DNA of 64,000 nucleotides from Candidatus Hadarchaeum sp. (GTDB lineage Archaea; Hadarchaeota; Hadarchaeia; Hadarchaeales; Hadarchaeaceae). Shown in pieces: positions 19,311 through 29,953 of this stretch. Location of the stretch: contig NZ_JAVZIN010000009.1 in the NCBI RefSeq assembly GCF_038871235.1, positions 1,441 through 65,440 of the forward strand, given 5' to 3'. The position numbers and the translations under genes are program-made. A model generated the notes under the pieces. That model searched no databases. It was not told where the DNA came from and was given only the letters and a program-made list of their open reading frames with translations. The first letter of the stretch is position 1. Each line of letters starts with the position of its first letter.

Positions 19311-21368
19311 TTGGTCAAGACGCTGATAGTCTGTGAAAAGCCTGCCGCAGCGGCCAAGATAGCTGAGGCGCTGGCGAAAGGTAAAGCTAGGTCAGGTCAG
19401 CTCAACGGAGTTCCTTATTATGATTTTGAGGTTGATGGCAGACCCGTGACCGTGGTCCCGGCGCTGGGCCACCTCTTCGTTCTCAAGAACCTGAGACCGC
19501 TGCGTGAGTATCCCTTTTATGAAGTTGGCTGGGTGCCTGCCTATCTCGCCGACCGCAGGGCCAAGAGAACCAAGGCTTTCATCGAGGCCATCTGCGAGCT
19601 GGCTAAGGGAGCCACTGAGTTCATCAGTGCCTGCGACTATGATGTCGAGGGCAGCGTCATCGGGGCCAACGTTTTGAGATACATCTGCGGGGAGGAGGCG
19701 CTGAAAAGAGCGAGACGGATGAAGTTCTCAACGCTCACGGCAGAGGATCTGCGCCGGGCCTACGAGCAGCTGATGCCGCGGCTGGATTATGAGCAGATTG
19801 AGGCAGGAGAAACCAGACATATTCTTGATTGGTTCTGGGGGATGAATCTCTCGCTGGCGATGAGCATGGCGGTTAAGCTTGCCGGGCAGGGCTATGTCAA
19901 GCTGTCAGCCGGGCGCGTGCAGACGCCAACTTTAAGGATTCTGGTAGATCGCGAACGAGAGATTAAGGCCTTCAGACCTGAAACCTTCTGGGTAGTCGAT
20001 CTCGTCATCAAGTTAGACGGAGCTGAAGCGGTCGCTGAACATGCCAGTGGGCGCTTCTTCGACAGGTTAGATGCCGAGCGGGTGCTGTCGGTAAGCCGCG
20101 GCAAACCAGCGAGGGTTTCTTCCGTCCAAGTGCACCGTCACCGGCGTTCACCTCCCGTTCCCTTCAGCTTGGGTGACCTGCAGTTAGAGGCCCACCGCTG
20201 TTTTGGTTTTTCCCCGCTGCGCACCCAGCAGATTGCCCAGGAGCTTTATCTGGCCGCCTTGATAAGCTACCCGAGGACGGACAGTCAGAAGCTGCCTCCT
20301 TCGATAGATTACCGGCGGATAATGGAGCAGCTCGGTTCAATCTCTGAAGATTACAAAAAGATGGCCGAGGAAATATTTTCCCTGCCTGAGCTGAAGCCAA
20401 ACGAGGGCAAAAAAACCGATCCAGCCCATCCGGCTATTTATCCCACCGGGCAGAGGCCGGAGAACCTCACGGCACCGCAGCGAAAGCTCTACGATCTGAT
20501 TGTGCGGAGATTCTTCTCCGTGTTTGGAATGCCATCGCTGGTGGAGAGCCTGAGGGTTGAGGTTGAAGTCGGTGGGGAGAAGTTTATCCTGCGCGGGCGC
20601 AGAGTTCTGGAGGAGGGGTGGCTGAAATTTTACGGTGGTTACAGTCCCGCTGAGGAAATCATGCTTCCTGAATTGCGGGAGGGCCAGCTCTTGGAGGTCA
20701 AGGAGGTGAGATTGGAGGAAGGACAGACCCAACCCCCTCCCAGGTACAACCCGGCATCAATAGTGAAGAAGATGGAGGAAATCGGAATTGGAACCAAAGG
20801 CACCCGTGCGCAGATAGTTCAAAGCCTCTACGAGCGTGGATACATTACCGGCAGACAGATTACCGTCACTGATCTTGGGATGCAGGTGATAGATTCTCTC
20901 ACCGAGTATTGTCCTGAGATTACCAGCGAGGAACTCACCGCAGAATTCGAACGAGAGATGGATGCCATTCTGGAAGGAAAGAGAACTAAAGAGGAGGTCG
21001 CTAAAAGGGCGCGCGCTGAACTCGATCGGATCCTTTCCAAATTCAAGCAGCATCAGTTGGAGATAGGAAAGAAGCTGGCTGAGGCTTATCATGCTGCCCG
21101 CCTAAAGCAGCGAAAGCTGGGCAGGTGCCCCAGCTGCGGCGGTGATCTGATGGTGGTGGTTTCGCGTGCCACTCATAAGCGATTTGTCGGTTGCTCCAAT
21201 TACCCCAAGTGTCTCAATTCGTTTCCACTACCGCAGGTCGGGACGATCCTCCCGCTGGGAGAAACCTGTAAAATCTGCGGGGCTCCTATGGCTCAGGTCG
21301 ATCGTACCGGATCCAAGTCTTACCGGATATGCTTGAATCCAAAGTGTCCATCAAAGGTAGTCAAGTAA
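19311..21368 (+). CDS. topA: DNA topoisomerase type IA (archaeal Topo I/III) with C-terminal zinc ribbons. It uses a TTG start
   Basis: 685 aa. It has an N-terminal TOPRIM, IVCEKPAAAAKIA, and C-terminal CPSCGG...CSNYPKC and CKICG...CLNPKC zinc ribbons. Confidence 0.85.
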   Translation: MVKTLIVCEKPAAAAKIAEALAKGKARSGQLNGVPYYDFEVDGRPVTVVPALGHLFVLKNLRPLREYPFYEVGWVPAYLADRRAKRTKAFIEAICELAKGATEFISACDYDVEGSVIGANVLRYICGEEALKRARRMKFSTLTAEDLRRAYEQLMPRLDYEQIEAGETRHILDWFWGMNLSLAMSMAVKLAGQGYVKLSAGRVQTPTLRILVDREREIKAFRPETFWVVDLVIKLDGAEAVAEHASGRFFDRLDAERVLSVSRGKPARVSSVQVHRHRRSPPVPFSLGDLQLEAHRCFGFSPLRTQQIAQELYLAALISYPRTDSQKLPPSIDYRRIMEQLGSISEDYKKMAEEIFSLPELKPNEGKKTDPAHPAIYPTGQRPENLTAPQRKLYDLIVRRFFSVFGMPSLVESLRVEVEVGGEKFILRGRRVLEEGWLKFYGGYSPAEEIMLPELREGQLLEVKEVRLEEGQTQPPPRYNPASIVKKMEEIGIGTKGTRAQIVQSLYERGYITGRQITVTDLGMQVIDSLTEYCPEITSEELTAEFEREMDAILEGKRTKEEVAKRARAELDRILSKFKQHQLEIGKKLAEAYHAARLKQRKLGRCPSCGGDLMVVVSRATHKRFVGCSNYPKCLNSFPLPQVGTILPLGETCKICGAPMAQVDRTGSKSYRICLNPKCPSKVVK

Positions 21369-21453
21369 TTTGGATTATTACTCCTGGTTTTCCCGTTTCT
21401 CGCGAGCCCGAGTTGCGGAAAGTTTTTGTTGAAAGAGAACAAAATACTAAACA

Positions 21454-22863
21454 ATGAATGAAATTTCATTGTGCGTGAGCTCTCAGACCCCCTTGGTGAG
21501 GTTCAGCACCGATTACGAGGAAATTCTGAGAAAGCGCGGCCTTAAAGGTGGACCGTTAGATATTTCCAACTTTACCGAAGGCGAGGATTACACCTTCACA
21601 GCCGGTGGAGTGACTAGAATGGTCTTCCCGCTGCTCAGACAGATGGTTGGTCAGGGTCTTCTAAGGGACCCACATTGGATTTCTCTCAATCCAATAGCTC
21701 CAGAAACGCTCACCGTGGGCAAGATAACGCTGAAACACGTGCGAATTGAAAGGGAAAGAATGAGCGGTTATAGTCAAGCGAAAGAAATTATCTGGAAGGC
21801 TCTGCACGGTATCCAGAGGGAACCGGTAAATTCGCTCTTCTGGCAGGAGGAATTTGTTGATTACAACTACTACAACAGGGTCTGCAGTGAACTCATCAAC
21901 AAGCTGGATGAAAAAAATGATTTTGACCTGTTTTACATTCATGATTTTCAACAACTCCCCTTGGCCCAAATGCTTCACACACTGAAGCCGAAGATTTTTA
22001 GATGGCATGTGCCCTTTGATGAGTCTTTGATCCCTGAAGCTTGGAGGCAGTCGCTGGCATCATGGTTTAACGAGTACGATGTGGTGGTTGTTAGCTGCAA
22101 AAGATATCTGGAGTCGCTGAGAAAGTTTGGATACGGTGGAGAGGCACATTATATCTATCCCTATCTTGACCTCAGCGCCTACAGGAAGCCAAGCCCTGAG
22201 GAGGTTGAGAACTTTGATAAAAAGTATGGGATAAATCGGGAGGACAGGGTCTTACTGGTGGTAGCTAGGATGGACCCCATGAAAGGTCAGGACCGTGCGA
22301 TATCAGGATTTGCTGAGGTGGCAAGATGTTATCCTAACTTGAAGCTGGTTTTAGTTGGCGATGGAAGTTTCTCCAGTTCCAAGCAGGGACTCGGGCTTTC
22401 CAAGGCGGAGAAGTGGCTGGCTGAGCTGAGGGAATTGGCCAAGAGCTTGGGTCTGGAGAATAGAGTTATCTTCACCGGCCATTTGACCCATGCTGAGCTT
22501 CAGGCAGCTTATGAGAGATGTGAGCTGACTATTTTGCCATCAGTTCTAGAGGGATTTGGTTTAGTGGTCATCGAGAGCTGGCTCTACAAGAAACCACCGA
22601 TCGTCAGCGCTAATGCAGGAATTTCCGAGCTGATAAAACACGGAGAAAATGGTTTGCTCTTTAATCCAAATGATCCAGCAGATCTCGCAGATAAGCTTTT
22701 TTACTTGCTATCAGACCAGAACCTTTCGCGAATTCTCGGCGAAAATGGTTATAATTCTTCAAGAAAATGTTCTCTTGAGGAAGGGGTAAAAGCAGAGTTT
22801 GAGTTGATGCGAAAATTGGTTGGATTTGAGGAAAATATGGTGCTTGGAAATGAACCTAAATGA
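21454..22863 (+). CDS. GT4-family retaining glycosyltransferase. It is a putative compatible-solute synthase, TreT-like or sugar-phosphate-synthase-like
   Basis: 469 aa with a GT-B fold. It has the N-domain GGVTRMV loop and the C-domain EGFGLVVIESW (E-x7-E) motif. It lies next to an OtsB-like phosphatase and MscS channels. Confidence 0.65.
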   Translation: MNEISLCVSSQTPLVRFSTDYEEILRKRGLKGGPLDISNFTEGEDYTFTAGGVTRMVFPLLRQMVGQGLLRDPHWISLNPIAPETLTVGKITLKHVRIERERMSGYSQAKEIIWKALHGIQREPVNSLFWQEEFVDYNYYNRVCSELINKLDEKNDFDLFYIHDFQQLPLAQMLHTLKPKIFRWHVPFDESLIPEAWRQSLASWFNEYDVVVVSCKRYLESLRKFGYGGEAHYIYPYLDLSAYRKPSPEEVENFDKKYGINREDRVLLVVARMDPMKGQDRAISGFAEVARCYPNLKLVLVGDGSFSSSKQGLGLSKAEKWLAELRELAKSLGLENRVIFTGHLTHAELQAAYERCELTILPSVLEGFGLVVIESWLYKKPPIVSANAGISELIKHGENGLLFNPNDPADLADKLFYLLSDQNLSRILGENGYNSSRKCSLEEGVKAEFELMRKLVGFEENMVLGNEPK

Positions 22864-23593
22864 CCTGATATTGGAGTTAGCTATTTTTGTTGCCATCTTG
22901 CTGGGTACCTTTTTGGCCGCTAAAATTTTCAGCCTAGTGGTCCGTGGCGTGTTTAGAAATTGGGTGCCAGCAGTGAGGTCCCATTTTCAAAGGTTGGTCT
23001 CCATCACCATCTGGGTCATCGGCCTGATCTTCGCCTTCCAGCAGCTGGGTCTTCGGCTGGATTTTCTGCTTTTAATCCTAGGATTGATCGGAATTGGCGT
23101 GCTGATAGCGGTTAAGGACACTCTTATGAATATCGGTGCTAAATATTTTTCTGACGTCTATGTGCCGTTTAAGGTTGGGGACATCATCAAAGTTGCTGGT
23201 AGCACCGGAAAGGTCATTGAAATAAATCCAATAACGACAGTTCTGTTGACAAAAAATGAAGAGCTGGTGTCCATCCCTAATTCACTTTTTCTCAAGGAAA
23301 AAATGAGGAACATCACACCCCACGTCTGGAAGGAGATATTGGTTCCGATAACTATCGGCAGCGGCATCGATTTGCCCCAGTTCGAAAGCGAGGTGCTGAA
23401 GGCATGTAATAAAATCAGAAAATATCTTGATGAACGCTTTCCACCGGTTTTAACGGTTAAGAGCAGGAACCAAAGATCGGTGAGCTTAGTTTTGGCCTTG
23501 ATGGTGAAGGAACCAGATAAGAAGAACGAGATCATCGATGAGATCAACAGGAAAATTTCCGAGATAGAACAGAAAATGGCACGAAAAACATAA
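22850..23593 (+). CDS. Small-conductance mechanosensitive channel (MscS family). The track start at 22820 overlaps the upstream gene, and the Met at 22850 is more likely
   Basis: It has three TM helices and then the MscS beta-domain, KVGDIIKVAGSTGKVIEINPITTVLLTKNEELVSIPNS. Confidence 0.8.
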   Translation: MNLNDLILELAIFVAILLGTFLAAKIFSLVVRGVFRNWVPAVRSHFQRLVSITIWVIGLIFAFQQLGLRLDFLLLILGLIGIGVLIAVKDTLMNIGAKYFSDVYVPFKVGDIIKVAGSTGKVIEINPITTVLLTKNEELVSIPNSLFLKEKMRNITPHVWKEILVPITIGSGIDLPQFESEVLKACNKIRKYLDERFPPVLTVKSRNQRSVSLVLALMVKEPDKKNEIIDEINRKISEIEQKMARKT

Positions 23594-23638
23594 CCTTTGT
23601 CCAAAAAACATCGATTAATATAGCTGGCCGAGTTGGGC

Positions 23639-24679
23639 TCAGCCCTGTGTTTTATCCTTCAAGTATACTGTCCTTATTGGGAAAGGTATCACGATGCCCT
23701 CTTCTCGATATCTTTTGTGAAGGGCCTTGATGAACTCGTGTGTTATCAAGTGTCTATCCGTGTATTCCTTGGCCCGAAGTATCACCGTGAAGTTTATGCT
23801 GAAGTCGCTGAAGGTGTGGTATCGAATAAAAGGTTCGAATTCAGGCACTCCTCCCTTTACGTTTTTCATGATTTCCCTGGCTACCTCGATAGTTACCCTT
23901 TCCACTTTTTCTAGATCGCTGTTATAGCTCACCCCCACCTGAACTAGGACCGACATTTCCGGTGTTGGTTGATAATAATCGACGACAATGGATCCTGCCA
24001 TTTTAGAGTTGGGCACGGTGATAATGTTGTTCGAGAGTTCCCTGATCTTGGTGCTTCTCCAGCCGATGTCGACCACGTAGCCCTCTTGACCGGTTTCAAG
24101 CTTGACGTAATCTCCGGCCCTGAAGGGTTTATCCGTCATCAGGTACATCCCGGAGAAAAATTGTGACAGGGTTTCTTGGAGAGCAAAGGCGATTGCTATG
24201 CCGCCAATGCCCAAGCCAGCAACAAGGGCGGTAACGTCTATGCCCAGCCCGTTAAGGATGAGGATGAAGGCGATAAAGTATACCACGGCGGCCGCTGTTT
24301 TTGACAGAATTGGAACCAAGCTTTTCAAGTTGGGTCGGGTTACCCCATAATGCTTCATTATCCCGGTTATTACTCTAACAGCCGCAATTGTCGCGATTAG
24401 TACTATGAGCACGTAGCTGATGATCGGAAGATACTGCTCGATCGTTTCTCGATAAAATGGAACCCGAGTTGAGGCGAACCTTATCCCGACAATCAGAAAT
24501 ATCAGGACGATGGGCGTTTTGATGGCGCCGAGGATAATATCATCCAACTCAGTCTTTGTTCTCCGCGCCAACCTAGCAATATAGAAGCTGAGAATGATTC
24601 TCAAGACATATCCGCAGGCGAACACGCCCACTAAAATCAGGAGGGGTTCCAGAATCTGCCAGATTTCTTCCAAGGCCAT
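23639..24679 (-). CDS. Small-conductance mechanosensitive channel (MscS family), second copy
   Basis: 346 aa. It has several TM helices followed by RAGDYVKLETGQEGYVVDIGWRSTKIRELSNNIITVPNS, the MscS signature. Confidence 0.85.
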   Translation of the reverse strand: MALEEIWQILEPLLILVGVFACGYVLRIILSFYIARLARRTKTELDDIILGAIKTPIVLIFLIVGIRFASTRVPFYRETIEQYLPIISYVLIVLIATIAAVRVITGIMKHYGVTRPNLKSLVPILSKTAAAVVYFIAFILILNGLGIDVTALVAGLGIGGIAIAFALQETLSQFFSGMYLMTDKPFRAGDYVKLETGQEGYVVDIGWRSTKIRELSNNIITVPNSKMAGSIVVDYYQPTPEMSVLVQVGVSYNSDLEKVERVTIEVAREIMKNVKGGVPEFEPFIRYHTFSDFSINFTVILRAKEYTDRHLITHEFIKALHKRYREEGIVIPFPIRTVYLKDKTQG

Positions 24680-24740
24680 CGAGGCACCTTTTTCACCGAT
24701 GCAAAATAAATTATAGTTTGCAAGATATAATCTTAATGGC

Positions 24741-25553
24741 GTGCTGTTCGATATGAGACATCTATGGAATATTTTGGACTCTTTGAAGAAAAATTCTGAC
24801 TTGTTTTGGTTTCTGGACTACGATGGTGTCTTAACTCCGATTGTTTCGGAGCCGGAAAAGGCGATCCTAGATCTGGAGATGAGAAAGTTTTTGGAAGCCT
24901 TGGCTGAGAAATTCAAAGTCGTGGTTATAAGCGGCAGAAGGCTTCAGGAGTTAAAGAAACTGGTCTCGGTTGGAAAGATATGTTACGCAGGCAATCATGG
25001 CCTTGAGATAAGCGGGCTGGGGGTAAGTTTAGTTTTGCCCAGGGCCAAACGTGTTCGCCCCGTAGTTTTAAAAATGTGTCGGGAACTTCAGAAAAGGCTG
25101 CAAGGCACAGCCGGCGTGATCGTCGAAAACAAGGGATTAACGGCTAGCCTCCATTACCGTAATGTGGCACCAAAGGAGTTTGCCAAGGTTAAGAAAATTT
25201 TTGAAAGCGTCGTCCATTCCTATGTTAAATCCGGTTCGTTCAGGATAACCAAGGGTAAAAAGGTCTGGGAAATAAGGCCTAATCTCGATTGGAATAAGGG
25301 GATGGCGGTTGATTGGATAATTAAAAATTTTGATCCAGAAGGGAAACTTTTACCCATCTATCTCGGTGATGATAAGACCGATGAGGATGCATTCCGGACG
25401 CTCAGGGGAAGGGGAATAACCGTTATGGTGGGGAAATGTTGTCAGAGGTCAAATGCTGAATTTTATTTGCGGGGAGTCCAAGAGGTTAAAATTCTTTTGA
25501 GAAATTTCGCCCGCGGCAACTCGAAATTTGCGTCGGTTTTCACGCGTTTGTAG
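24741..25553 (+). CDS. otsB: HAD-IIB sugar-phosphate phosphatase, trehalose-6-phosphate phosphatase-like (OtsB family)
   Basis: 270 aa. It has HAD motif I FLDYDGVLTP, motif II ISGR, and a motif III/IV region GDDKTDEDAF. The layout resembles OtsB. Confidence 0.7.
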   Translation: MLFDMRHLWNILDSLKKNSDLFWFLDYDGVLTPIVSEPEKAILDLEMRKFLEALAEKFKVVVISGRRLQELKKLVSVGKICYAGNHGLEISGLGVSLVLPRAKRVRPVVLKMCRELQKRLQGTAGVIVENKGLTASLHYRNVAPKEFAKVKKIFESVVHSYVKSGSFRITKGKKVWEIRPNLDWNKGMAVDWIIKNFDPEGKLLPIYLGDDKTDEDAFRTLRGRGITVMVGKCCQRSNAEFYLRGVQEVKILLRNFARGNSKFASVFTRL

Positions 25554-25570
25554 CCTTCCAGCAGTAGAGT

Positions 25571-26548
25571 TTATTTCATTTTTTCACCGATGAGACCGAA
25601 GTGCGCCAGCATCGCCTCAAGCTGAATCCTCTCGTTGGCCCCTTGCACCAGTCTGAAGGAGAACTCCCCGATCTTGTCCAGAATTTCCACCTTGATGTTC
25701 TCTGGCAGCTTTAGATTGAAGACCTCCCGATGAACCTGTTCAATGACATCCTCGCCGGCCAGCCCCCTGTCGATGAGCAGCTCCTGCAGCTTTGTTCTAG
25801 CCTCTTCAAATTTTCCAGAGAGAGCCAGCTCCAGCATCTGTCTGACTTCCTCGGGCTTCGCTGCCGCGCTGACCTCATAGACGGTCTTCTCAGTTACCTT
25901 CTTGCTCAATGCCGCGGCAGCCTGGAGGATGTTTATGGCTTTCCTGAGATCACCCTCGCTCAGGTAAGCTATCGCTTGGACGGCCTCCGGTGCTATCGTG
26001 AGCTTTTCCTCTTTGGCTATTCGCTTGAACATCTGCTCGATATCCTTTTCTGTGAGGCGCCTGAACCTGAAGACGGCGCAGCGGGATTGTATGGGCTCGA
26101 TGATACGGCTGGAGTAATTGCAGTCTAGGATGAAGCGCGTCGTTTGGGTGAACATCTCCATCGTTCGGCGCAGGGCATTCTGGGCATCGGCCGTGAGGGC
26201 ATCGCTTTCATCCAGCAGGATTATCTTGTAGGGGAAGTCGCCGATGGGCCTCGTTCTGGCATAATCTTTTACTTTGGTTCGAATGGTGTCAATCCCGCGT
26301 TCATCACTAGCATTAAGCTCCAACATGTTCTGGCGCCAGCCATCACCAAAAAGTTCCCGGGCAATGCAGAGGGCAGCCGTAGTTTTTCCGGTGCCAGCAG
26401 GACCGGCAAAAAGCAAGTTGGGCAGCGACTTTTTTTCCACAAAGCTCTTCAACCTAGTGACTATTTCCTCCTGCCCCACGATTTCATCAAGCTTTTTCGG
26501 TCGATATTTTTCCACCCAGATCTCGTCCACCTCAGCCATAAGAGTCAT
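25571..26548 (-). CDS. rfcS: Replication factor C small subunit
   Basis: 325 aa. It has WVEKYRPKKLDEIVGQ, the Walker A FAGPAGTGKTT, the DEAD-like ILLDESD, and the SRC motif. There is no intein. Confidence 0.9.
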   Translation of the reverse strand: MTLMAEVDEIWVEKYRPKKLDEIVGQEEIVTRLKSFVEKKSLPNLLFAGPAGTGKTTAALCIARELFGDGWRQNMLELNASDERGIDTIRTKVKDYARTRPIGDFPYKIILLDESDALTADAQNALRRTMEMFTQTTRFILDCNYSSRIIEPIQSRCAVFRFRRLTEKDIEQMFKRIAKEEKLTIAPEAVQAIAYLSEGDLRKAINILQAAAALSKKVTEKTVYEVSAAAKPEEVRQMLELALSGKFEEARTKLQELLIDRGLAGEDVIEQVHREVFNLKLPENIKVEILDKIGEFSFRLVQGANERIQLEAMLAHFGLIGEKMK

Positions 26549-26688
26549 CCCGGTTTGATTTTTTCACCTTTTTCGTTAAATCACTTTGGGGAAGGGACAA
26601 AGAAAAAGATTTTTACCATGGCTAAACAAAACCATAACTTTCAGCGAGATTTTTAGGACCCAATCATAATTACTTTCAGGTTGATGGC

Positions 26689-29600
26689 ATGATTCAGCCG
26701 GCAGCAAAGGTCTATGATGCCAAGAAGGCCGAGCGCGAGGTGCGAGAGTGGTGGCTTTCTGCAGGGATCTATGACAAGGTGAAGAAGTCGCGAGATGGGG
26801 CAAACCTTTGGTACTTCTTGGATGGTCCCCCCTACGCCAGCGGTAGCATCCACTTAGGGACAGCCTGGAACAAGATAATCAAGGACGCGGTCATCAGGTA
26901 CAAGACCATGTGCGGCCTGAACGTCCGCCGTCAACCAGGATGGGATTGTCATGGTCTGCCGATAGAGGTCAAGGTCGAGGAGCTGTTAGGAATCAGATCC
27001 AAGAAGGAAATCGAGCAGAAGATTGGGGTCGAGGCTTTCGTAGAACAGTGCAAGAAGTGGGCCAGCGACCACGTCAGGCTCATGACCGAGCAGTTTAAGG
27101 AACTTGGAGTCTGGATGGATTGGGATGCTCCCTACATAACCTTCGATAGAGATTACATTGAGTCCGCTTGGTGGACGCTCAAGAAAACCTACGAGCAAGG
27201 TTTGATTAGAAAGGACTTGAGGGTAATCCACTGGTGTCCTCGCTGCGAGACGGCGCTGGCCGAGCATGAGGTCAGGGGTGAGTACCAGAACGTTAGCGAC
27301 CCTTCTCTCTATGTTAGGTTCAGGCTTCGTGACCGTCCCAATGAATACCTGCTGGTCTGGACGACAACTCCATGGACCCTCCCCGCCGACCTCGCCGTTT
27401 GCGTTAACCCCGACTATGATTACTCAGAGGTGGAGGTCGGCGGTGACATCTACATCTTGGCCACGGCGCTCGTGGAAAAGGTGATGAGGGATTTGGGAAT
27501 TAGCAACTACCGGGAAATTGGCTCGGTCAAAGGGGTCACTCTAGAGGGAATTCAGTATGAGCACCCGTTGCTGGAGGAAGTTCCCAAGCAGAAGGGGTTC
27601 ACGGAGCACCATCGCGTCATTCTCGGTAACCATGTTACGCTGGATGAAGGAACCGGCTGCGTTCACACGGCCCCGGGGCACGGTGAGGAGGACTTTGAGG
27701 TGGGATTAAGATATGGGTTGCCGGTATTCAGCCCGGTGGGTCCGGACGGCAGATTTACTGAGGAGGCGGGAAAATACGCTGGAGTTTTTGTGAAAGAAGC
27801 CGATCGCTTAATTTTGGAAGATCTCCAGAAAAAAGGTTTACTTGTGAAATACGGCACTGTGGTGCACCAGTATCCTCACTGCTGGAGGTGCCAGTCACCG
27901 CTGCTCTTCCGGGCCACCGAGCAATGGTTCTTGAAGGTGGGTGAGATAAAGTCGACAATAATTCAGAAAAACGCGGAAAAGGTGAAATGGTTCCCGAGCT
28001 GGGCGACGATTCGTTATGCGAATGGGGTGGAGTCGGTCGGTGACTGGTGCATCTCTCGCCAGCGCTACTGGGGCATTCCACTGCCCATTTGGGTCTGTGA
28101 TCAATGCAAGGATACGATTGTGGTGGGAAGTCTGGAGGAGCTATCCACCCTCTCGCTCCACCCGCTCGGTGATATCGATCTCCATCGCCCCCACGTTGAC
28201 CGTGTGGAACTCAAGTGTCCCAAATGTGGTGGAACTTCAAGAAGGGTGCCGGACGTTCTTGATGTCTGGTTTGACTCCGGCATAGCCTCGTGGGCCAGCT
28301 TAGGCTATCCTAAGAGAAAGGAACTTTTTGAACAGATCTGGCCCAGCGACTTTGTTACTGAAGGCGAGGATCAGGTGACTAAATGGTTCTACAGCCAGCA
28401 GGTTGTTTCCATTGCGGCCTTTGGAGACGTTCCCTATAAGAGAGTGCTGATGCACGGCTTTGCTCTCGATGAAAAGGGACGAAAGATGTCAAAGTCTCTG
28501 GGAAACGTGGTTAATCCTGATGACGTTATCAAGAAAAATGGAGTCGACGTCCTCCGACTCTATATCATCGGAGCCAACCCGCCTTGGGAGGACCTGAAGT
28601 TCAGCTGGAAGAGCCTTGAGGTGGTCCAAAAGATGATGGGGGTGCTCTGGAACGTCCATGTCTTTGCCACGACTTACATGTCCCTCGATGAATTTGATCC
28701 CAGGAAAATTGACCTAAACAGGGTGAGCGCCAGTCTGATGCCGGAGGACCTTTGGATGATCTCCAGAATCAACAGCGTCGCCCGGGAGGTGACCCAGGCA
28801 ATGGAGGACCTCAACCTTCACATTGCGGTCAGGTCCATTTCCAACTTCGTTCTTGAAGACCTCAGCCGGTGGTACGTTCGCTCCGTCCGTGAAAGAGTTT
28901 GGATTGAGAAGGAGGATCCCAAGAAGCTCGCGGCCTATGTGGTGCTCTATCAGGCTATGCACGTGCTGGTGAGGCTGCTGGCCCCCTTTGCTCCACACAT
29001 CAGTGAGGTGATTTACCGCGATCTGGTCAAGTCCGCCGATCCTAACAGCCCAGAAAGCGTTCACATGTTACCTTGGCCGTCAGTGGATGAGGGCGCGATA
29101 AATATAAGGCTCGAGGAGGGTATGAGGATAGTTCGGGCCTTTGTGGAAGCTGGAGCCTCAGCCAGACAACAGCATCGACTTAAGCTCAGGTGGCCGGTGA
29201 AAAAGGTTTCAATTCAGGTTGCTTCGGATGAAGTTCTCGACAAGATCAAGGATCTTCGTGAGCTGCTGCAGAATCAGTTGAACTGTAAGGAGCTGCTTCT
29301 CTTGTCTCCACATGAGAGACCTAGCGAGCTGGAGTTGGGCGTCAAGGTTGATGAGGAACAGTTCAGGCAGAGGTTCGGTGGGCTCGCTGAGAGGGCGATG
29401 GACCAGATTAGAGGCATGGATGCTGGGAGGTTGTCTGAAGAATTGGACCTTCACGGCTTCGTCGGCCTGCAGTTCGACGGGTACAAGTTGAGCGTTCCTA
29501 AGGACCTGATAGGATTTGAGGAGAAGCCGGCGGAGGGAATCGCCTTCATTCAGACGGATTTTGGAAAGTTGCTCATGGATACTAGGATGACTCCCGAGCT

Positions 29601-29877
29601 GGAGGCGGAGTCGATGGCGCGCGAGCTGGTCAGAAGGCTGCAGATGATGCGCAAGGAGATGGAGTTAGGGATGGAGGAAAGAGTTGACGTCGTTATCGGG
29701 CTGTCTACTCAAGAAGATCTGGAAAGGTTGAGCACGCAGCAGGAGTACATCTGTAGGGAGGTCCGCGTGAGAAATCTACGCCTTTGTCTCTTGAATGATG
29801 TGGCTGGCGAGGGTTATCTGAAGGACTGGAGCATTGACGGGGAAAACTTCAGGATGCTGGTGAGGCGGGTTACTTAA
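26689..29877 (+). CDS. ileS: Isoleucyl-tRNA synthetase
   Basis: 1062 aa. It is a class I enzyme with the HLGT (HIGH) and KMSKS motifs, a CP1 editing domain and a C-terminal zinc-binding region. Confidence 0.95.
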   Translation: MIQPAAKVYDAKKAEREVREWWLSAGIYDKVKKSRDGANLWYFLDGPPYASGSIHLGTAWNKIIKDAVIRYKTMCGLNVRRQPGWDCHGLPIEVKVEELLGIRSKKEIEQKIGVEAFVEQCKKWASDHVRLMTEQFKELGVWMDWDAPYITFDRDYIESAWWTLKKTYEQGLIRKDLRVIHWCPRCETALAEHEVRGEYQNVSDPSLYVRFRLRDRPNEYLLVWTTTPWTLPADLAVCVNPDYDYSEVEVGGDIYILATALVEKVMRDLGISNYREIGSVKGVTLEGIQYEHPLLEEVPKQKGFTEHHRVILGNHVTLDEGTGCVHTAPGHGEEDFEVGLRYGLPVFSPVGPDGRFTEEAGKYAGVFVKEADRLILEDLQKKGLLVKYGTVVHQYPHCWRCQSPLLFRATEQWFLKVGEIKSTIIQKNAEKVKWFPSWATIRYANGVESVGDWCISRQRYWGIPLPIWVCDQCKDTIVVGSLEELSTLSLHPLGDIDLHRPHVDRVELKCPKCGGTSRRVPDVLDVWFDSGIASWASLGYPKRKELFEQIWPSDFVTEGEDQVTKWFYSQQVVSIAAFGDVPYKRVLMHGFALDEKGRKMSKSLGNVVNPDDVIKKNGVDVLRLYIIGANPPWEDLKFSWKSLEVVQKMMGVLWNVHVFATTYMSLDEFDPRKIDLNRVSASLMPEDLWMISRINSVAREVTQAMEDLNLHIAVRSISNFVLEDLSRWYVRSVRERVWIEKEDPKKLAAYVVLYQAMHVLVRLLAPFAPHISEVIYRDLVKSADPNSPESVHMLPWPSVDEGAINIRLEEGMRIVRAFVEAGASARQQHRLKLRWPVKKVSIQVASDEVLDKIKDLRELLQNQLNCKELLLLSPHERPSELELGVKVDEEQFRQRFGGLAERAMDQIRGMDAGRLSEELDLHGFVGLQFDGYKLSVPKDLIGFEEKPAEGIAFIQTDFGKLLMDTRMTPELEAESMARELVRRLQMMRKEMELGMEERVDVVIGLSTQEDLERLSTQQEYICREVRVRNLRLCLLNDVAGEGYLKDWSIDGENFRMLVRRVT

Positions 29878-29953
29878 TTTTCCCGGAATGCGCCCAAGCC
29901 GCCGTGGTCTATCAATATAAGTTAGTAGCTGCCAAGTGTGATGGGGGTCAGAT

